62,730 nt of DNA, taken from the NCBI RefSeq assembly GCF_001194135.2, contig NC_068984.1, positions 36,296,323-36,359,052 of the forward strand, in the 5' to 3' direction. The notes beneath the pieces are model-generated. The model saw only the letters and a program-made list of their open reading frames with translations. It searched no databases and was not told the origin of the DNA. Below are positions 1-14,700 of this stretch, piece after piece; within the stretch, counting starts at the first letter, position 1, and each line of letters begins with the position of its first letter. A program made the position numbers and the translations under genes. This DNA comes from Octopus bimaculoides (Eukaryota).

Positions 1-48
<48 letters not shown>

Positions 49-1267
49 GTATGTATTTATGTATGTATGTATTTGTGTATATACATGTATGCAAATCAGA
101 GAAGTTGTCTGTATATAATTTGTCACCATCTGACATGTCTTAATTCATATTAGTGTCATTGTAACTGGAATTCCAACTTTACAAACCGTTCCGTAAAAGA
201 ATACCACCGATGCACTTGTCGTGATTTAATTAGTTGGAATTCACAATTGTGGTAAAGTACAGTCCCGACTGTCCTGTGTAATATCATTACTAGAAGCATG
301 AACATGCAAAGCAGACACTGACGAATAATTGACGATAATAGTTAAGTGATTATTTTACAAGCCTGAAATTACAATCAATAGAAAAGATACGCATTAAAAG
401 AAGTATAATCAGAGGAATATTATCCAGTAGGTAATTGCCAATGATACTCTCCGTGCCTTAGTAGTCTAACATGTTGTGCTCAAAGAAAATGTACGATAAG
501 TGACAAGTACAGTGCTACAAAGATCCATAATGGTAGAACTCGGGGAGCAACTGTTATATAAACTTGTGTATATCCGTAAGTTTGTTACATTTGCCCAGCA
601 GCTAACTGGTAACGCTATTCAGCAATTAATTAAAAACTACGGAGGGCAGCAGACTGGATTATAAAAAAAAACAACTTACGTGAGGCTCTAACATAAAAGC
701 AGGAGTTGAGTATACCGCATTGAAATTTTGCGGTTGCACTTGATATTAATTAGTAGCAGCGGTACACTTTCTCACTCTTTTAACTGACATAAATTATCTG
801 ACCCACACTTATATTATACATAATTCATATACAAATAACCCATATTTTACCTAAATTCCTATACTTGATTCCTCAATTTTACAATAGCACAAAGTCGGTG
901 TGTTATTATAGATATATTTTAAAGCACGCCGTACCAAACATTAAGATGAATTGTATTAAGATATGCCACCTTCATGATGTCTATCACTAAAATTCATAAA
1001 GACGAATACACATATGCTGGGCATATATGCAATCAGGAACTGTTAGTGAATGACATATGTAGTAGCGTAAACATTTTGAAAAATGTTTCCGAGATTTTTC
1101 CAATTTTGATTTTTGGTTCATTTATCATTATTTTCTATTTTTCTGTCAATGTTTAAAACACATTTGCCTCTCTATCGGTCTACACCATCATGCACAAATA
1201 TAAGTAACTATGTATAGTTATATTTATCACCCTCCATCTACTCAATTTGAGTATATATGTATATACT

Positions 1268-1320
<53 letters not shown>

Positions 1321-1686
1321 NNNNNNNNNNNNNNNNNNNNNNNNNNNNNNNNNNNNNNNNNNNNNNNNNNNNNNNNNNNNNNNNNNNNNNNNNNNNNNNN
1401 NNNNNNNNNNNNNNNNNNNNNNNNNNNNNNNNNNNNNNNNNNNNNNNNNNNNNNNNNNNNNNNNNNNNNNNNNNNNNNNNNNNNNNNNNNNNNNNNNNNN
1501 NNNNNNNNNNNNNNNNNNNNNNNNNNNNNNNNNNNNNNNNNNNNNNNNNNNNNNNNNNNNNNNNNNNNNNNNNNNNNNNNNNNNNNNNNNNNNNNNNNNN
1601 NNNNNNNNNNNNNNNNNNNNNNNNNNNNNNNNNNNNNNNNNNNNNNNNNNNNNNNNNNNNNNNNNNNNNNNNNNNNNNNNNNNNNN

Positions 1687-1750
<64 letters not shown>

Positions 1751-4018
1751 TTCATAAACATATTCATACCTACACAACTCTCAATCATTTTCACAATCAC
1801 AGACGCATATAATATCTACCATATATATATAAATATACTTATCTATCTATCTATCTATCTATATATACATATTTATATGTATATACATGTATAACTATAT
1901 GCGTATATCTATGTATACACGCAAATACAGACATCACACACACATATGTAAAATGAATTTTCCTCCTTGATGTTGGTAGAAATAATAATTTTAATTATGG
2001 AGTTCCACAATAAAATTTATCAGACTTACTAAAGTTTATTCATTCTCATACCGATCAGGATTGTTCACGTTGTCACTGCAGTTTAGTCCCCTCAACATTG
2101 TAAGTCTTATTATGTACTGATATACAGCATTACACCTTTTTTCTAAGGGCATAATAACGATGATTCATATATTTACATTCAAATTATTTTAGCACCCGAA
2201 CCGATGCAATTTAAAATGATGTTTGCTTAGCTTGGGGAGAGACCAGAATAATTCGTTTTGTTAGAGCCGTAAATGCAGAACTAATGAGAATATGTTCCAG
2301 TAATCTTTAAATGTATGGCAAAAATTGCACTTTTTAGAGAACAATTTCGAACAGTTTTAATAAAATTGTGTGAATAAATGTACTGCACTTCACTTTCGTT
2401 GTCACCATTTTAATGCGATTTTCTCTTCATGCTTGAATATCGCTTCAGTCTTTTGCCGTCCCAAGTCATTTATTTATATTGCTGTCTTCGAAGGCATAGG
2501 CATGTTTACTTTATAAATATACTCTGTTAATTAAAAAACGCAGCTTCTCTCCCCCCCCCCCCCATAATGCATAGTTTAATTCCTATCTTATACTTTTAAA
2601 ATATTAATCTAAAATGAAAGCGATGTTTATTCATGTGAAATAAAGTAAAACTATATTCAATCATTATTAATTATAATTTTAAATTCTGATTTTCTATGAT
2701 CTTATAGGATTTTTTTTAACTCATGTATCGGCAATATGTTTTTAAATTAATGTCACTGCATACTGCATACATTTATTCAAATGAAGCCTATAATTTTGAC
2801 AGTGTTCCGGTCCATAAGTAGGAATTGCATAATTTCTACAATTTGGAGCAACGAGTGCCATAATCTACTATATTTACATTATACTTCAACGAATTTCAAA
2901 ATGTACGACGGTACTTATGCAATTATGTAGCTACACAACAAAGGAAAACCACCGCTATAGTCATAAATCTGACTTTTAAATAACCTGATATGTAGAATGA
3001 ACACCATTTAGAATCACCAATTATTTTAATATTTCCTGATACATTATTTTACTAGGGGCTATACAAGTAATTTTCAGAGCTACTGAAGCCTTTTCATTTT
3101 ATGCATAGTCACTACATTAAAAGTGTAGGCCGACCCGATCATTATATGTGCCCTAATTCTAATTACAATCCATGATCGTGACATGAAACAAATCGTCGCA
3201 AAGTGAGCCAAATGTTCAATCAATATAAACATCGGCAACTCCAAATAGCTTTTGTAAACAACGTGTTCGTTTTATAATCTTAAGTAAGCAATCCACTGAT
3301 CTTCCAAATATTTTTATTGCAATTTTCCGTATATATGAAATATACTTTTAGGATATTTAACGTAAATTTATATAAGTAGACCTTTATTGCAGATGTTAAA
3401 TTCAGAATTATTTTTCATGCTGATTGATTAGAAAAGTGATGATTAAGAATACTTTTAAAAGCAGATGTAGAATTTGGAAATAATTTAAAGGCATAAACAT
3501 GACGAATTTAATATATTTTTATCTTTATGGATTTAATTTTCACGAATATTACGTGCAAGCAACAAAATTGATTATATAACTATGGAATGTAAAATATTTT
3601 GTATGGGATCAATGGATTTAATGATATTTACGTTTTCTCTTGAGTCATTAAATCAGTAAATTTATATAGCTATATCTAAATTCGGTCAGAGAATGCATTC
3701 AGCGCAACATGAAATTAGTCAAAGTAAAACAATACCAAATTTAAAAAATTATCATTAAATATATTTAATAGTCGTTTTAAAATTTTGTAATTATTATACA
3801 GAACGAATAGTCTAAAGTGTGTTTTTTCTTCCCCAGTTGTTCCATCCAATCGTTTTAGTGATATTTAGATGTATATTAAAGGGATAGAGAGCGATTTAAT
3901 GGAAGCTTAAAACTATTTTCAACAAACAGAGTGTGGTTATTTAAATGCTAAACCATGAAATATTTTATTAAACATTTTGTTATGTTTCAAAGTTAGTTTT
4001 TGTTTAAATATTATCCAC

Positions 4019-5040
4019 GTGGCTCTGTTGCGAGAAGTCTGCTTCCCAATCACATAGGTTCGGGTTCACTCCTATTGCGTGACATATTGAGCAAATGTCT
4101 GCTACTATATCGCATTGGGCCTGTCTAAGACTTGTATATATATATATAAACGTTTGTGTGTTTGTCTTTGCTTTGAGTCAATGTTTGTGACTGGATCTGG
4201 TAGGCGGGAAGTAAGAGGAGCCCGTTGTATATATATATATAAACGTTTGTGTGTTTGTCTTTGCTTTGAGTCAATGTTTGTGACTGGATCNNNNNNNNNN
4301 NNNNNNNNNNNNNNNNNNNTCCAGTCCTACTTCCTTTCTTATCTTGGCTATCGCCAAACACGCACACGAGCACGCTTCGTCCCGCTTCCTTCCAGTTTGT
4401 TGCTTCACAGCGTTCAATGTACACATATTGTTTCACGTCTGGCCGTATAGTCTATTTTGTTTATTTTCACTGTTTCATTTTCCTGTCTCGTTTTCTGTCT
4501 GCCACTACATTCCTCCATGGTAAAAATTTAATTTGTGGTCCGTGGGAAGAGCCATTTTAACGATGCGTCCTGCCCTAACTCTTCGAAACGCCAGTGTTCG
4601 AATGGTGGCAACTGATGAAGGAAAATGTTGTCTATGTGGCCTGTGTGTTTTCTGTACTCTGTTTATCATTTTGTCCACGTTTTGTTTGCAACGTCCTGTA
4701 CCCAGATATGCATCTATATATACAGGTAGATGTAGGTATGTACATACATGTACGTATATATGCATGTACTCATTAATTATTTGTATTATATATATATATA
4801 CTTTGTGTGTGTTTCTTTGCTTTGAGTTTATGTTTGTCCATTACCATTGCTTCACGACTGGTGTTCGCTTATTTACCTCACCTTAAATCAATGGTTCAAC
4901 AAAAAAGACCGATAAAATAAGTGCTAGTCTTTAACAAAGGACTACGGTTTATTCGTTCGACTAAAAAAATGCTTCAAGACGATGCGCCACCTTGGCTGTA
5001 GTGCAGTGACTGAACCAAGAAAAAGATAAAAGATAAAAAT
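4019..5040 (+). mobile_element. tRNA-derived SINE (family A, internal microsatellite), degenerate and interrupted by an insert
   Basis: The head (gtggctctgttgcgagaagtctgcttcccaatcacataggttcgggttca) and tail (gaccgataaaataagtgctag...gtgactgaaccaagaaaaagataaaag) align by eye to the near-intact copy at 39938-40364. Confidence 0.7.
4320..4720 (+). mobile_element. Penelope-like terminal-region fragment nested in the SINE
   Basis: Pyrimidine-rich sequence not present in the other family A SINE copies. Carries cttcgaaacg (4581) and caactgatgaagg (4609), motifs typical of PLE termini. The left edge abuts an N-gap. Confidence 0.4.
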
Positions 5041-6414
5041 ATATTTATTTTCTATACAAGAATATTTCGGAAAAAGAAACACAGTCAGTTATTTTCCTCA
5101 TTAGGAATAAGATATTTCGCTGATATTACTGCCCTTAACAACTATGGTGAATATATGTGTAAAAACAAACAACTTTCTGGAATAAATTGTTTACCTCAAT
5201 TTCCTATTACGAAAAGAATCACAACCTATTTTTGCAAACACTCTTCGCTATATCATAACTGGCTCTCGTACACATTTTGTAAAAACTGTTTTTGCAAGGA
5301 CAAAATATGTGGATGTGTGTGTGGTGTGTATATAAGTTTATATACAAGAGAGTATATATATGAGAGAGAGAGAGAGAGGGGGAAAGAAAGAGAGAAAGAC
5401 TGAGTGTATGCGTGTGGATGTGCGTGTGCATGTGCTTGTGTGTGTGATATGTATTAAACTATAGAACATAAATAAATACTCCTCCATTAATTTCAACAGC
5501 ATGGATTTATCAAATGGCGTGTATTAAACTATATATATATATATATNNNNNNNNNNNNNNNNNNNNNNNNNNNNNNNNNNNNNNNNNNNNNNNNNNNNNN
5601 NNNNNNNNNNNNNNNNNNNNNNNNNNNNNNNNNNNNNNNNNNNNNNNNNNNNNNNNNNNNNNNNNNNNNNNNNNNNNNNNNNNNNNNNNNNNNNNNNNNN
5701 NNNNNNNNNNNNNNNNNNNNNNNNNNNNNNNNNNNNNNNNNNNNNNNNNNNNNNNNNNNNNNNNNNNNNNNNNNNNNNNNNNNNNNNNNNNNNNNNNNNN
5801 NNNNNNNNNNNNNNNNNNNNNNNNNNNNNNNNNNNNNNNNNNNNNNNNNNNNNNNNNNNNNNNNNNNNNNNNNNNNNNNNNNNNNNNNNNNNNNNNNNNN
5901 NNNNNNNNNNNNNNNNNNNNNNNNNNNNNNNNNNNNNNNNNNNNNNNNNNNNNNNNNNNNNNNNNNNNNNNNNNNNNNNNNNNNNNNNNNNNNNNNNNNN
6001 NNNNNNNNNNNNNNNNNNNNNNNNNNNNNNNNNNNNNNNNNNNNNNNNNNNNNNNNNNNNNNNNNNNNNNNNNNNNNNNNNNNNNNNNNNNNNNNNNNNN
6101 NNNNNNNNNNNNNNNNNNNNNNNNNNNNNNNNNNNNNNNNNNNNNNNNNNNNNNNNNNNNNNNNNNNNNNNNNNNNNNNNNNNNNNNNNNNNNNNNNNNN
6201 NNNNNNNNNNNNNNNNNNNNNNNNNNNNNNNNNNNNNNNNNNNNNNNNNNNNNNNNNNNNNNNNNNNNNNNNNNNNNNNNNNNNNNNNNNNNNNNNNNNN
6301 NNNNNNNNNNNNNNNNNNNNNNNNNNNNNNNNNNNNNNNNNNNNNNNNNNNNNNNNNNNNNNNNNNNNNNNNNNNNNNNNNNNNNNNNNNNNNNNNNNNN
6401 NNNNNNNNNNNNNN

Positions 6415-6492
<78 letters not shown>

Positions 6493-9400
6493 GTGTTTGA
6501 GTATCATTCGTTAATATTGCACACAATCACACCACACATACATTCGAGGTATTTAAGCTCAAAAACAATATACCTTTAACATTCATTCTTCAATGCATAG
6601 TTAGATGCAGCGTTGTACCAATATTTACACACTATATCCTTCCAAATATGAATTCCAAAGTGAGCTCACAGTTTACTTTTTTGCATTGAAGGTTTGAGCT
6701 TCTTGATGAGTATCATCAATTGTTTCGTTGATAAGAAACGAAAACATAAAGAACAACCTTGTTGAATGTGATTTCAGTAAATGTTTGTCACTAGAAAAAG
6801 AGTAGTCTCGATTCACAGCCAAAAAATATGAAATCGATATAGACGACCTTTCGATCTTCTGTTTAATATGTAGAATTAAAAAAAAATATAGGGATAGGTT
6901 AGTTGTACAGTGAGCGAATAGTAGGAAAGTAACATGGAAAAATTTAGAATGTTAGCTAAGTTATGATAGTTAAGTTATGATAGTGGAAATACAAGGACAA
7001 TATTAATAGAGTGGGTCTTACGAAAAGCTAGTGAGTACACAGCGCTGTTTCACTTTACCCACCCAAGCCTATGTTCAACCTACTAAGTATTCATTTGTCG
7101 TGATTTCGTTTTCTAGATTTAGAACGTAAATGGAGAGGTGGATTAAGAGACTGCATTCTAAGGTTGTAGAACATATTACAAAGATATAATGATATCGAAG
7201 CAAAAAGTGGAGGGATGCTAATCGATGTGTGATGGAGTGGATTAGTACAAATATAACTGTAAATGAAGGAATGTGAAGAGGCTAGTATGTAATAGAAAAA
7301 CAGTAAGAGGTAGGAGAGTTGTAAGTCGTGATATTTGTGAGGCTTGAGTGGAAAGACTAACTACATTTTCTGCGCCCTGTGTATGATTGAGGCGCATACG
7401 ATGGATGACTAAATTGATTGTAGTTACTTTGTAGCTTAGTGAGAGTATGTTCTAGGTAATGGTTCTCTCTATACTCAGGGGGTTTAAGCATCCTGAACAG
7501 GTATATAGTTGGAATTTATTATATACACTTGGAGTCAGCATGAGATTACCTTATCAGTTCTTCTGGTGAGTAGTGATATCTTAGAGAAAGGATTTGATTG
7601 TTTCCCTCATACAGTATATTCTTTACCACATATATATGATTAAAATTTCCAATATCTTACCATAAAGGTCATGACATACATTAATTTCCCTAAGGGAAAA
7701 AAAATTGTGAAATTATTTTTCCACGCTGGGATGCAAAGCAAGTGAGGATATTGCCTGAAGTTGTTAGTTGTGTGACCTATGTACAATTATGTGTTGCCGC
7801 TTTTGTTAACTGTACACGTGTATACGGTGTATATATANNNNNNNNNNNNNNNNNNNNNNNNNNNNNNNNNNNNNNNNNNNNNNNNNNNNNNNNNNNNNNN
7901 NNNNNNNNNNNNNNNNNNNNNNNNNNNNNNNNNNNNNNNNNNNNNNNNNNNNNNNNNNNNNNNNNNNNNNNNNNNNNNNNNNNNNNNNNNNNNNNNNNNN
8001 NNNNNNNNNNNNNNNNNNNNNNNNNNNNNNNNNNNNNNNNNNNNNNNNNNNNNNNNNNNNNNNNNNNNNNNNNNNNNNNNNNNNNNNNNNNNNNNNNNNN
8101 NNNNNNNNNNNNNNNNNNNNNNNNNNNNNNNNNNNNNNNNNNNNNNNNNNNNNNNNNNNNNNNNNNNNNNNNNNNNNNNNNNNNNNNNNNNNNNNNNNNN
8201 NNNNNNNNNNNNNNNNNNNNNNNNNNNNNNNNNNNNNNNNNNNNNNNNNNNNNNNNNNNNNNNNNNNNNNNNNNNNNNNNNNNNNNNNNNNNNNNNNNNN
8301 NNNNNNNNNNNNNNNNNNNNNNNNNNNNNNNNNNNNNNNNNNNNNNNNNNNNNNNNNNNNNNNNNNNNNNNNNNNNNNNNNNNNNNNNNNNNNNNNNNNN
8401 NNNNNNNNNNNNNNNNNNNNNNNNNNNNNNNNNNNNNNNNNNNNNNNNNNNNNNNNNNNNNNNNNNNNNNNNNNNNNNNNNTATATATATATATATATAT
8501 ATATTTCCCTTAGGAAATACCAATAGATTTGATATTGCATCATTAATGATAGAAGGCAATATTTTTTCATGTATCACTGCGTATAGAGAATACGACGGGA
8601 AATTCTTATCAACATGAAACTTGTGCAAATGAATAGATATATGATTTACAAAGTATCGATATAAAGAAGCAGATATACCGAGATTACTTTCATGATTAAT
8701 CGTTAATTTCTCATACAATACTGGCAAATTTTGTAATTTTCCCAATAGAAAAGAACACAGTCACACACACTCGCACACACATACACACACACACTCACAC
8801 ACACACACACACACACTCATACACACACACACTCATACACACACACATATGAAAATACGTGTCTCTTCATATACATACAGGTAAATATATAAAGTCACAC
8901 AAACACACAAACGCACACATACACATATACATACTGGGTGTACCCAACAAATGAATATACATTGTATCAGCCGTTAAGTGAATTTTGATTTCTTTTTAGA
9001 TTTAATCGATTAAAAATAATGAATAGGTTGCAGGCTACGCTTTGAAAATGCAGTCGAAGTGCACTTGAAGTGCAAAATTCTTTAGGAGGGAGTTTCAGAC
9101 AGATATAGTGTAAATGCCTACGTTGATGAAGCAGGTGGATTAGATGAATGTTTTCAGTAGAGTACCCTCTGCCTTCACCAAACCTCATAGCATCTGATAT
9201 TTCTATGGGATAATGTATAGAGTGAAGAACTGGAAAAACAGTCAGGGAATTGAGGACAAATGTTGAATGAGAATGCGTACAAATACCGAAGGAAATGCTT
9301 TTATCCAAATGTTTGTGATTTAATTGTCTTGTTCTCTAAGCAATGCTTGAAACAGAACAGTCATTATATTGAAAATGGGAATTTATAACGAAATGCATTT

Positions 9401-9589
9401 TTGTTCGAATTTCTATTATTAATCGACTAAGGTGCAATTTCAAAATAATCGTCAATAAATATCTGTTCTCTGATAAGAATAAACTATACTGTAATAGATG
9501 GCAAGAGAGAATTCTCATATTGGCCTTTGGTGCAAAATGCACCTTTTGTATATCGCTATTACATGTATGTTTCTTGTTTTTGTTTTTAC

Positions 9590-9902
9590 TCTCACCTCTT
9601 TCAATCGTTAGACTAGGGTAATGTGGGGTATCTTCTTGAAGAAATATTAGTCGAATGTATGGACACTAGCGCCTATCTTTAAACCCGTTACTTATTCCAT
9701 CGTTTTTATTCTGCCGAACTACTAATTTATGAGGTAGTAAACAAGCCCACACCGGTTTCCAAGCGGTCGTGAGGTACAAACACAGGCACAGAGACACACA
9801 CATACAAATACCCACGCACGAACACACAAACACACACGTATATATATATATATATAACGGACTTCTTACAACTTCCACTCACAATGCGTTGATCGACCTG
9901 AT
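9590..9902 (-). mobile_element. SINE family A, 5'-truncated
   Basis: The reverse complement reads caacgcattgtgagtggaag...gaagtccgttatatata...gtagttcggcagaataaaaacgatggaataagta, matching the body of the 39938 copy. Confidence 0.65.
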
Positions 9903-10362
9903 ATTAATATATATATATATATATATATATANNNNNNNNNNNNNNNNNNNNNNNNNNNNNNNNNNNNNNNNNNNNNNNNNNNNNNNNNNNNNNNNNNNNN
10001 NNNNNNNNNNNNNNNNNNNNNNNNNNNNNNNNNNNNNNNNNNNNNNNNNNNNNNNNNNNNNNNNNNNNNNNNNNNNNNNNNNNNNNNNNNNNNNNNNNNN
10101 NNNNNNNNNNNNNNNNNNNNNNNNNNNNNNNNNNNNNNNNNNNNNNNNNNNNNNNNNNNNNNNNNNNNNNNNNNNNNNNNNNNNNNNNNNNNNNNNNNNN
10201 NNNNNNNNNNNNNNNNNNNNNNNNNNNNNNNNNNNNNNNNNNNNNNNNNNNNNNNNNNNNNNNNNNNNNNNNNNNNNNNNNNNNNNNNNNNNNNNNNNNN
10301 NNNNNNNNNNNNNNNNNNNNNNNNNNNNNNNNNNNNNNNNNNNNNNNNNNNNNNNNNNNNNN

Positions 10363-10620
10363 CTTCATCAGTTGTTGGCTGTTTTTGTAGTCTCGTATCT
10401 TGAGCATTTAACAACCACATACGCTTTCGATAAAACAGTGTAAAAAAAAAAAAAGGTTCCCGTTTGTCAAGTGCTGTCTTGTTTGTGTTACCTATTTTGA
10501 CCCTCCGCAAAATGCCAAATTTTATTTAATTTGCTTTGCGGGAGCAACTGTTTTATCGAAAGCGTATATTGTTAAATGTTCAAAATACGAGACTAGAAAA
10601 ACAGCCAACAACTGATGAAG
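10363..10620. repeat. Long inverted repeat (about 75-bp arms) with an internal hairpin; MITE or inverted Penelope pseudo-LTR
   Basis: 10363-10439 is a near reverse complement of 10547-10620. An inner stem forms between 10503-10511 and 10535-10544. The left end runs into an N-gap. Confidence 0.85.
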
Positions 10621-11069
10621 GGTCACTCTTTAAAGCGAGAAATTATAACATGTACAATATGCGGCGGTAAAACTTTCTGTATGGAAAACGGACGAGTTTT
10701 ACCCTTGGGATTTTAACTCATATTTATGAGGACATTACTATTATAGGAATGCAGTCAATCGGTTTTTTCTTCAGTTTTAGAAGCATTGGTAGTAGCCGCA
10801 AGTAGTTTAAAAAGTTTAATATATTAGAATTTAGAAATGTGTGAGCAATGAGCTAATTCTTTACAGGGAAACTCGAAACATCATATGGGCAAACTTCCTC
10901 ATTTTTCCTACTAAAAGTTTTTTAACTCTATATCATAAAAGATATTATTTATAACTTTTTCTTCTTCAAGTTCTACTGCAAAAAAAAATATTTACTTCAC
11001 TGATACACACACACACACACACACATATGATATATATATATATACATACAAATATATATGCATATAAAT

Positions 11070-11300
11070 ATATGAGGGACTCACTCGTCGAGTGCGACGT
11101 GCGTGTGTTCAATTGTTATTGAACAAACTGCTCAACTCATTTTCTTTATAGTGATCAAAGTTACATCGTCTGTAGAGGTGCACAAGTGTATCACACATCA
11201 CATGTTGAAATGATCACAAATCAACGTAAAATGAAGTGTTTCGCTCAAGGACATAACGTTCATGTACGTATGATTATATCATTGCGTTAGGTTTTACGAG
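11070..11300 (-). mobile_element. Degenerate SINE remnant (third family)
   Basis: The reverse complement contains cgttatgtccttgagcgaaacacttcattttacgttg, the core that follows the tRNA-like head in many invertebrate SINEs. Confidence 0.45.
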
Positions 11301-11679
11301 CGATTGTACACACACCAGACAACCTAAGCGAGGACGTTCGTACATCCATATCTAGTAACCGTTATGTCTATATATTTTGTGGCTGTATTTGTATTTATAT
11401 ATATTTGCATCTGATATTTGTTTATTGATCTTATATAAGAATAATTCTTAATTTGCTACTCTTGTATACACATTCTAAGAAGAAATTTTGCAGGACAGAC
11501 GCTATTTAAACGAGATATCTCTTGTCACTTGGGCTGACACATCTACACCAACGGATACAACTGAAGTATGTGTTCAGTATCCCATCTGTGAAGAATTGAT
11601 GCTATGTGGGTCGAAACAATTGTAGTTATCAGTAAACATTCTCGTATTTTCCATCTTCCATTTCTCTCATTAATAAAAT

Positions 11680-11735
<56 letters not shown>

Positions 11736-14700
11736 TATTCTTTTTATTGTACATGGCATTATTACTTCAGTATCCGTGTATTAGCTTAACTTCGGTAAAC
11801 AAGATGAATTCATTTGAGTTAATTGATAAAATAACTAATCAAGAATTGGGAAGATCAACAAATATTTTGCAGACAGTTGGCTGCGAAAGAATAGATAATA
11901 TCAACGATAACCTCAAATGTTTTTCAAGTGGCATAGAGACTCCATGATTTTATGGTATCTTAATGACTTTTAATTTCTATTTGCTTTATTTTTCTTATTA
12001 CACAAACAGCGAAAATCTGAAATTGGATTTCTGCTTTAGGAAGAATTGAATAAATGAATGGTATATATGAATCATTATGCAAACTAAACAAATGTTTGAT
12101 TGAATGCTTCTCGGTAAAATATGATTTAATTAACCCGATATATTGACTACGTCTCTTTCTCACTACGGTCGATTACACACAGTTAAGAACACGCAAAAAT
12201 AAAGACTCCAAACATCCGTGTCATTGGCTGGACCGTGTCTGTTTCAGAGATAAAATTATTCTTTATTTTGTTTTATTTTATCTATTTTCTGGTCTACAGA
12301 CCATGGAAAACGTGCATTGATTGTCACTTGAATTCAAATACATCTAATTCATATTAAGATTTTTTAAGTGCGTGGCTAATATATAAACTTAAATTTATTG
12401 TGCATTTACAATTAATAATCATAATCTTCCTCTCTTTTATGTAATACAGTAGGATTAAGAATTTCCCCTGAGAGATTTCAATTTGTTTTACCAAATGCAA
12501 TATAAAACATCTAAGAGAAAAGATTGGAAAAGAGAAAGGAAAACGAGCGAATGAATGATGAGGTGTTCCTTCTTTTGTATTTGAGAAACTTAATGTTAAA
12601 ATTGTTATCTGAAATGATCTTTTACTGATATATGTTCCTGTTTGAGGAAAGAGTTCTACAGGTATGCGAAAATGGTTCTACAGGTAAAGTATATAAACAA
12701 TTACATAACTAAAAGCATGATAGAATAAACTAAACGAGATGAGCAGAATGTTTATGCCATTTAAATGCAAGCTTTGTCATAGAGATGTATTCAAACTGGG
12801 AGTGCACAGCTTCACCAAGTTTAGAGCTTATTCATGGTCTCAGTTTTCGGCTTTAGTTATGAAATACATTAGAACATTTTTCCATAAACACCTAATATTA
12901 ACGCATTGCTGTGATGTGCAGGAAGGTATATCACGGTAGATTGGGTAAGAAAATACAAGAATAATCTTATTAGTTACAAAAAGTGATGTGTGAGGTATGC
13001 GTGAGTTATATATCTCATTTGATATCATTTCTTTTACGCGATAACTGAAATTATTGATGTACCAATTAGAGGGAGAAAACAAAACAGTAAGCATATTACG
13101 GATTTAATCTGGAATATTATTAGCATTCAGATTTATTAGATGTTGGTCTTAACTTATTGAAACTGTTGTCCTTTACGAAATTCATAGTGAAAATGTTTTA
13201 GATATCACAAAACTTCATCAGAATGGTAAGTATTTTTTTCCAAAGTTATGCACAGATTTCCTTTATTGTTAAGTTCTATTCCATTATTTCGTCAGCTTGA
13301 GGATATTTGACACATTTCAATCCTTGCATAAATTATTCCAGCAGTACTCTCATTACTTTTTCTATTGCTTATTTTTTCCTCGACCAAGCCTACTTATTTA
13401 GGATGCCTCAATTTCCTCTTTTCAGCTTAAATTTCCAGGCGATATTATAGTATTGCAATTGTTTTCATATCGTACACGTTAATACCACATTTTATGTTGA
13501 CAGTAGCTGTAGTTAAGAAATTTATACACTATTGATATACCGAGAGTTCTCCCACTTACTGTATACTTCAAAAGTGGAAAATATAGCTTCATTTCTACTG
13601 GAACATTGTGCCAGAATTTTTTTTTTATATTTGAAGTAATTTCTTCTATTTTATTTGTAAGAATTGAAACTTAATTTTCTATTGGTCATTTATATTCTTT
13701 TAGTTGGTGGATCATAAAATATAGTATTGCTTGAAAGCAAACTGGAAAATGTTTGTAGCATCTATAATTCTAACGGTGTTGACAGAGGTATGAATATTAA
13801 TATATTCCCTGACTTTTTGATGATGATCGTCTGCAAGAGAAATATAAAAGATTTCTACTCGTAGCAGGATGCAAATATGCATTGAAACGGGTGACGTTTA
13901 TTTTTATGTTTTAAAAATATAATCTAAAATGCCGTCTAATGTCTTTGTAGGCACAGTGGCTTATATTCAACACGCCCTCAGTTATGCTGAATCGACAGTT
14001 TGATGCATACATACAGATAAGTAGACGCATTCATGCACACTTAAAGACATATAATCATATATATATATACATATATATGCGCACACACACACACGTTTTA
14101 TATGTATTATGTATTATTATATATATATACATGTATGCGTGCGTGTGTTTGTATGTCTGCATAAAGTCGATAATACACACCATATTAAATAGGTGCTTCG
14201 CATGTGTGAGCTTCTTCATGCGCAATATTATAATTGCGTTATCGGGATTCGAATAGCTCCGGAATGGATTGCTGACTGCTACGTCTATTAAATACTCTCT
14301 TTTGCATATCTAAATATATTCCTATACATACACATTTGTGTGTGTGTGCGTGTAAACTTAACCGGTTTCACATTTTCATGAGCTCCAAAAGAGTAAGCTT
14401 TGAGAAACGTGAAGCTCTGTTGCAAACTGTAACGCGTCTGGCCTTTGCAAAGGCAGATAACGAAATACGATAACGACATACAAGTCCAATAATTTTCACT
14501 ACCAGATATGCAAATACAGAAATTCAGCTGAACCCAGAAGAAAATGGGAGATAATCACAAGGGTTAACAATTCTCCGAATTAGCAAAGAGAAGACGTCAG
14601 GCATGTGCTCTACCTCAATCGCATCATCAGCAAAGCAGTTAACTGACATTTATTCCAGTAACCATATGCGAAAAGACTAGATAATAATATTGGACTGGAT

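Noticed and set aside
4133-4290. Near-identical ~65-bp direct repeat with a 93-bp period inside the SINE
   Set aside because: It abuts a small N-gap and is probably a contig-overlap artefact. Two units are not a CRISPR array, and no cas genes are present.
7100-7700. Possible very old Penelope GIY-YIG remnant on the minus strand (TCSGC..EY)
   Set aside because: Only a few residues match across several frameshifts, which is too weak to call.
8967-9308. 113-codon minus-strand ORF with a good internal acceptor
   Set aside because: No recognisable motif, weak donors, and equally plausible short frames on the plus strand.
12649-12686. 12-bp direct repeat gttctacaggta resembling tandem splice donors
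   Set aside because: No convincing upstream acceptor or open exon; probably a local slippage duplication, like those at 6957, 43085 and 46426.
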